Assembly: GCA_964016885.1 (NCBI GenBank)
Contig: OZ024740.1
Location: forward strand, 38,440,001-38,504,000
DNA: 64,000 nt
Reading direction: 5' to 3'
DNA from: Eledone cirrhosa
Lineage: Eukaryota
In this document: one piece after another, positions 63,931 to 64,000 of the stretch
How the letters are laid out: each line of letters begins with the position of its first letter
Numbering within the stretch: the first letter of the stretch is position 1
Position numbers and translations under genes: made by a program
Notes under the pieces: model-generated
Told to the model about the DNA's origin: nothing
The model's input: only the letters and a program-made list of their open reading frames with translations
The model's database searches: none

Positions 63931-64000
63931 TATCTTATAGTGCACCTAATTACATCTCACAGTATACCTAGCTATATCTTATAGTGCACCTAATTACATC

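Larger units (their letters stand above)
1..64000 (+). repeat. Satellite DNA array: 44-bp dimeric unit (22-bp monomers A+B), roughly 2,900 monomers, head-to-tail, running off both window ends
   Basis: ACAGTGTACCTAGCTATATCTTATAGTGCACCTAATTACATCTC recurs every 44 bp throughout. Its halves AGTGTACCTAGCTATATCTTAT and AGTGCACCTAATTACATCTCAC match at 16/22 positions. No non-repeat sequence or inverted monomers were seen. Confidence 0.99.

Noticed and set aside
1-64000. CRISPR array (22-bp repeat plus 22-bp spacer)
   Set aside because: The would-be spacers are near-identical to each other and homologous to the repeat. There are no unique spacers, leader or cas genes.
1-64000. TATA boxes or promoters (TATAAT, TATA) and homeodomain TAATTA sites
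   Set aside because: These are short motifs intrinsic to the AT-rich repeat, with no downstream gene and no independent support.
1-64000. Telomeric repeat array
   Set aside because: There is no G-rich telomere motif, and the dimeric structure with inherited variant patterns is not what templated telomerase synthesis produces.
1-64000. Inversions, transposon insertions or RNA genes
   Set aside because: No reverse-complement monomers or non-satellite stretches were seen on reading through.
1-64000. Assignment as centromeric DNA or to a specific taxon
   Set aside because: This cannot be established from the sequence alone. It needs a database search and chromatin data.

Overview
The whole 64-kb window is one uninterrupted, single-orientation tandem repeat (satellite DNA, about 36% GC). 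I found no genes, RNA genes, transposon fragments or unique sequence, and I cannot assign the organism or a named satellite family. The dominant unit is 44 bp, made of two related 22-bp monomers: A = AGTGTACCTAGCTATATCTTAT and B = AGTGCACCTAATTACATCTCAC. A third, intermediate monomer (C = GGTGCACCTAGTTACATCTTAT) occurs in recurrent islands. Rare point variants act as barcodes and reveal nested periodicities: about 11, 22, 44, 88/89, 176, 396, 769 and 1739 bp, then about 2.3-2.6 kb (x3), 3.6-3.9 kb and 9.9 kb. The largest is a near-identical duplication of at least 19.5 kb at about 29.6-kb spacing. The single ORF (84 aa) is a reading frame through C-type monomers in which three in-frame stop positions carry rare substitutions. 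All coordinates come from by-eye marker matching, so block edges are approximate.
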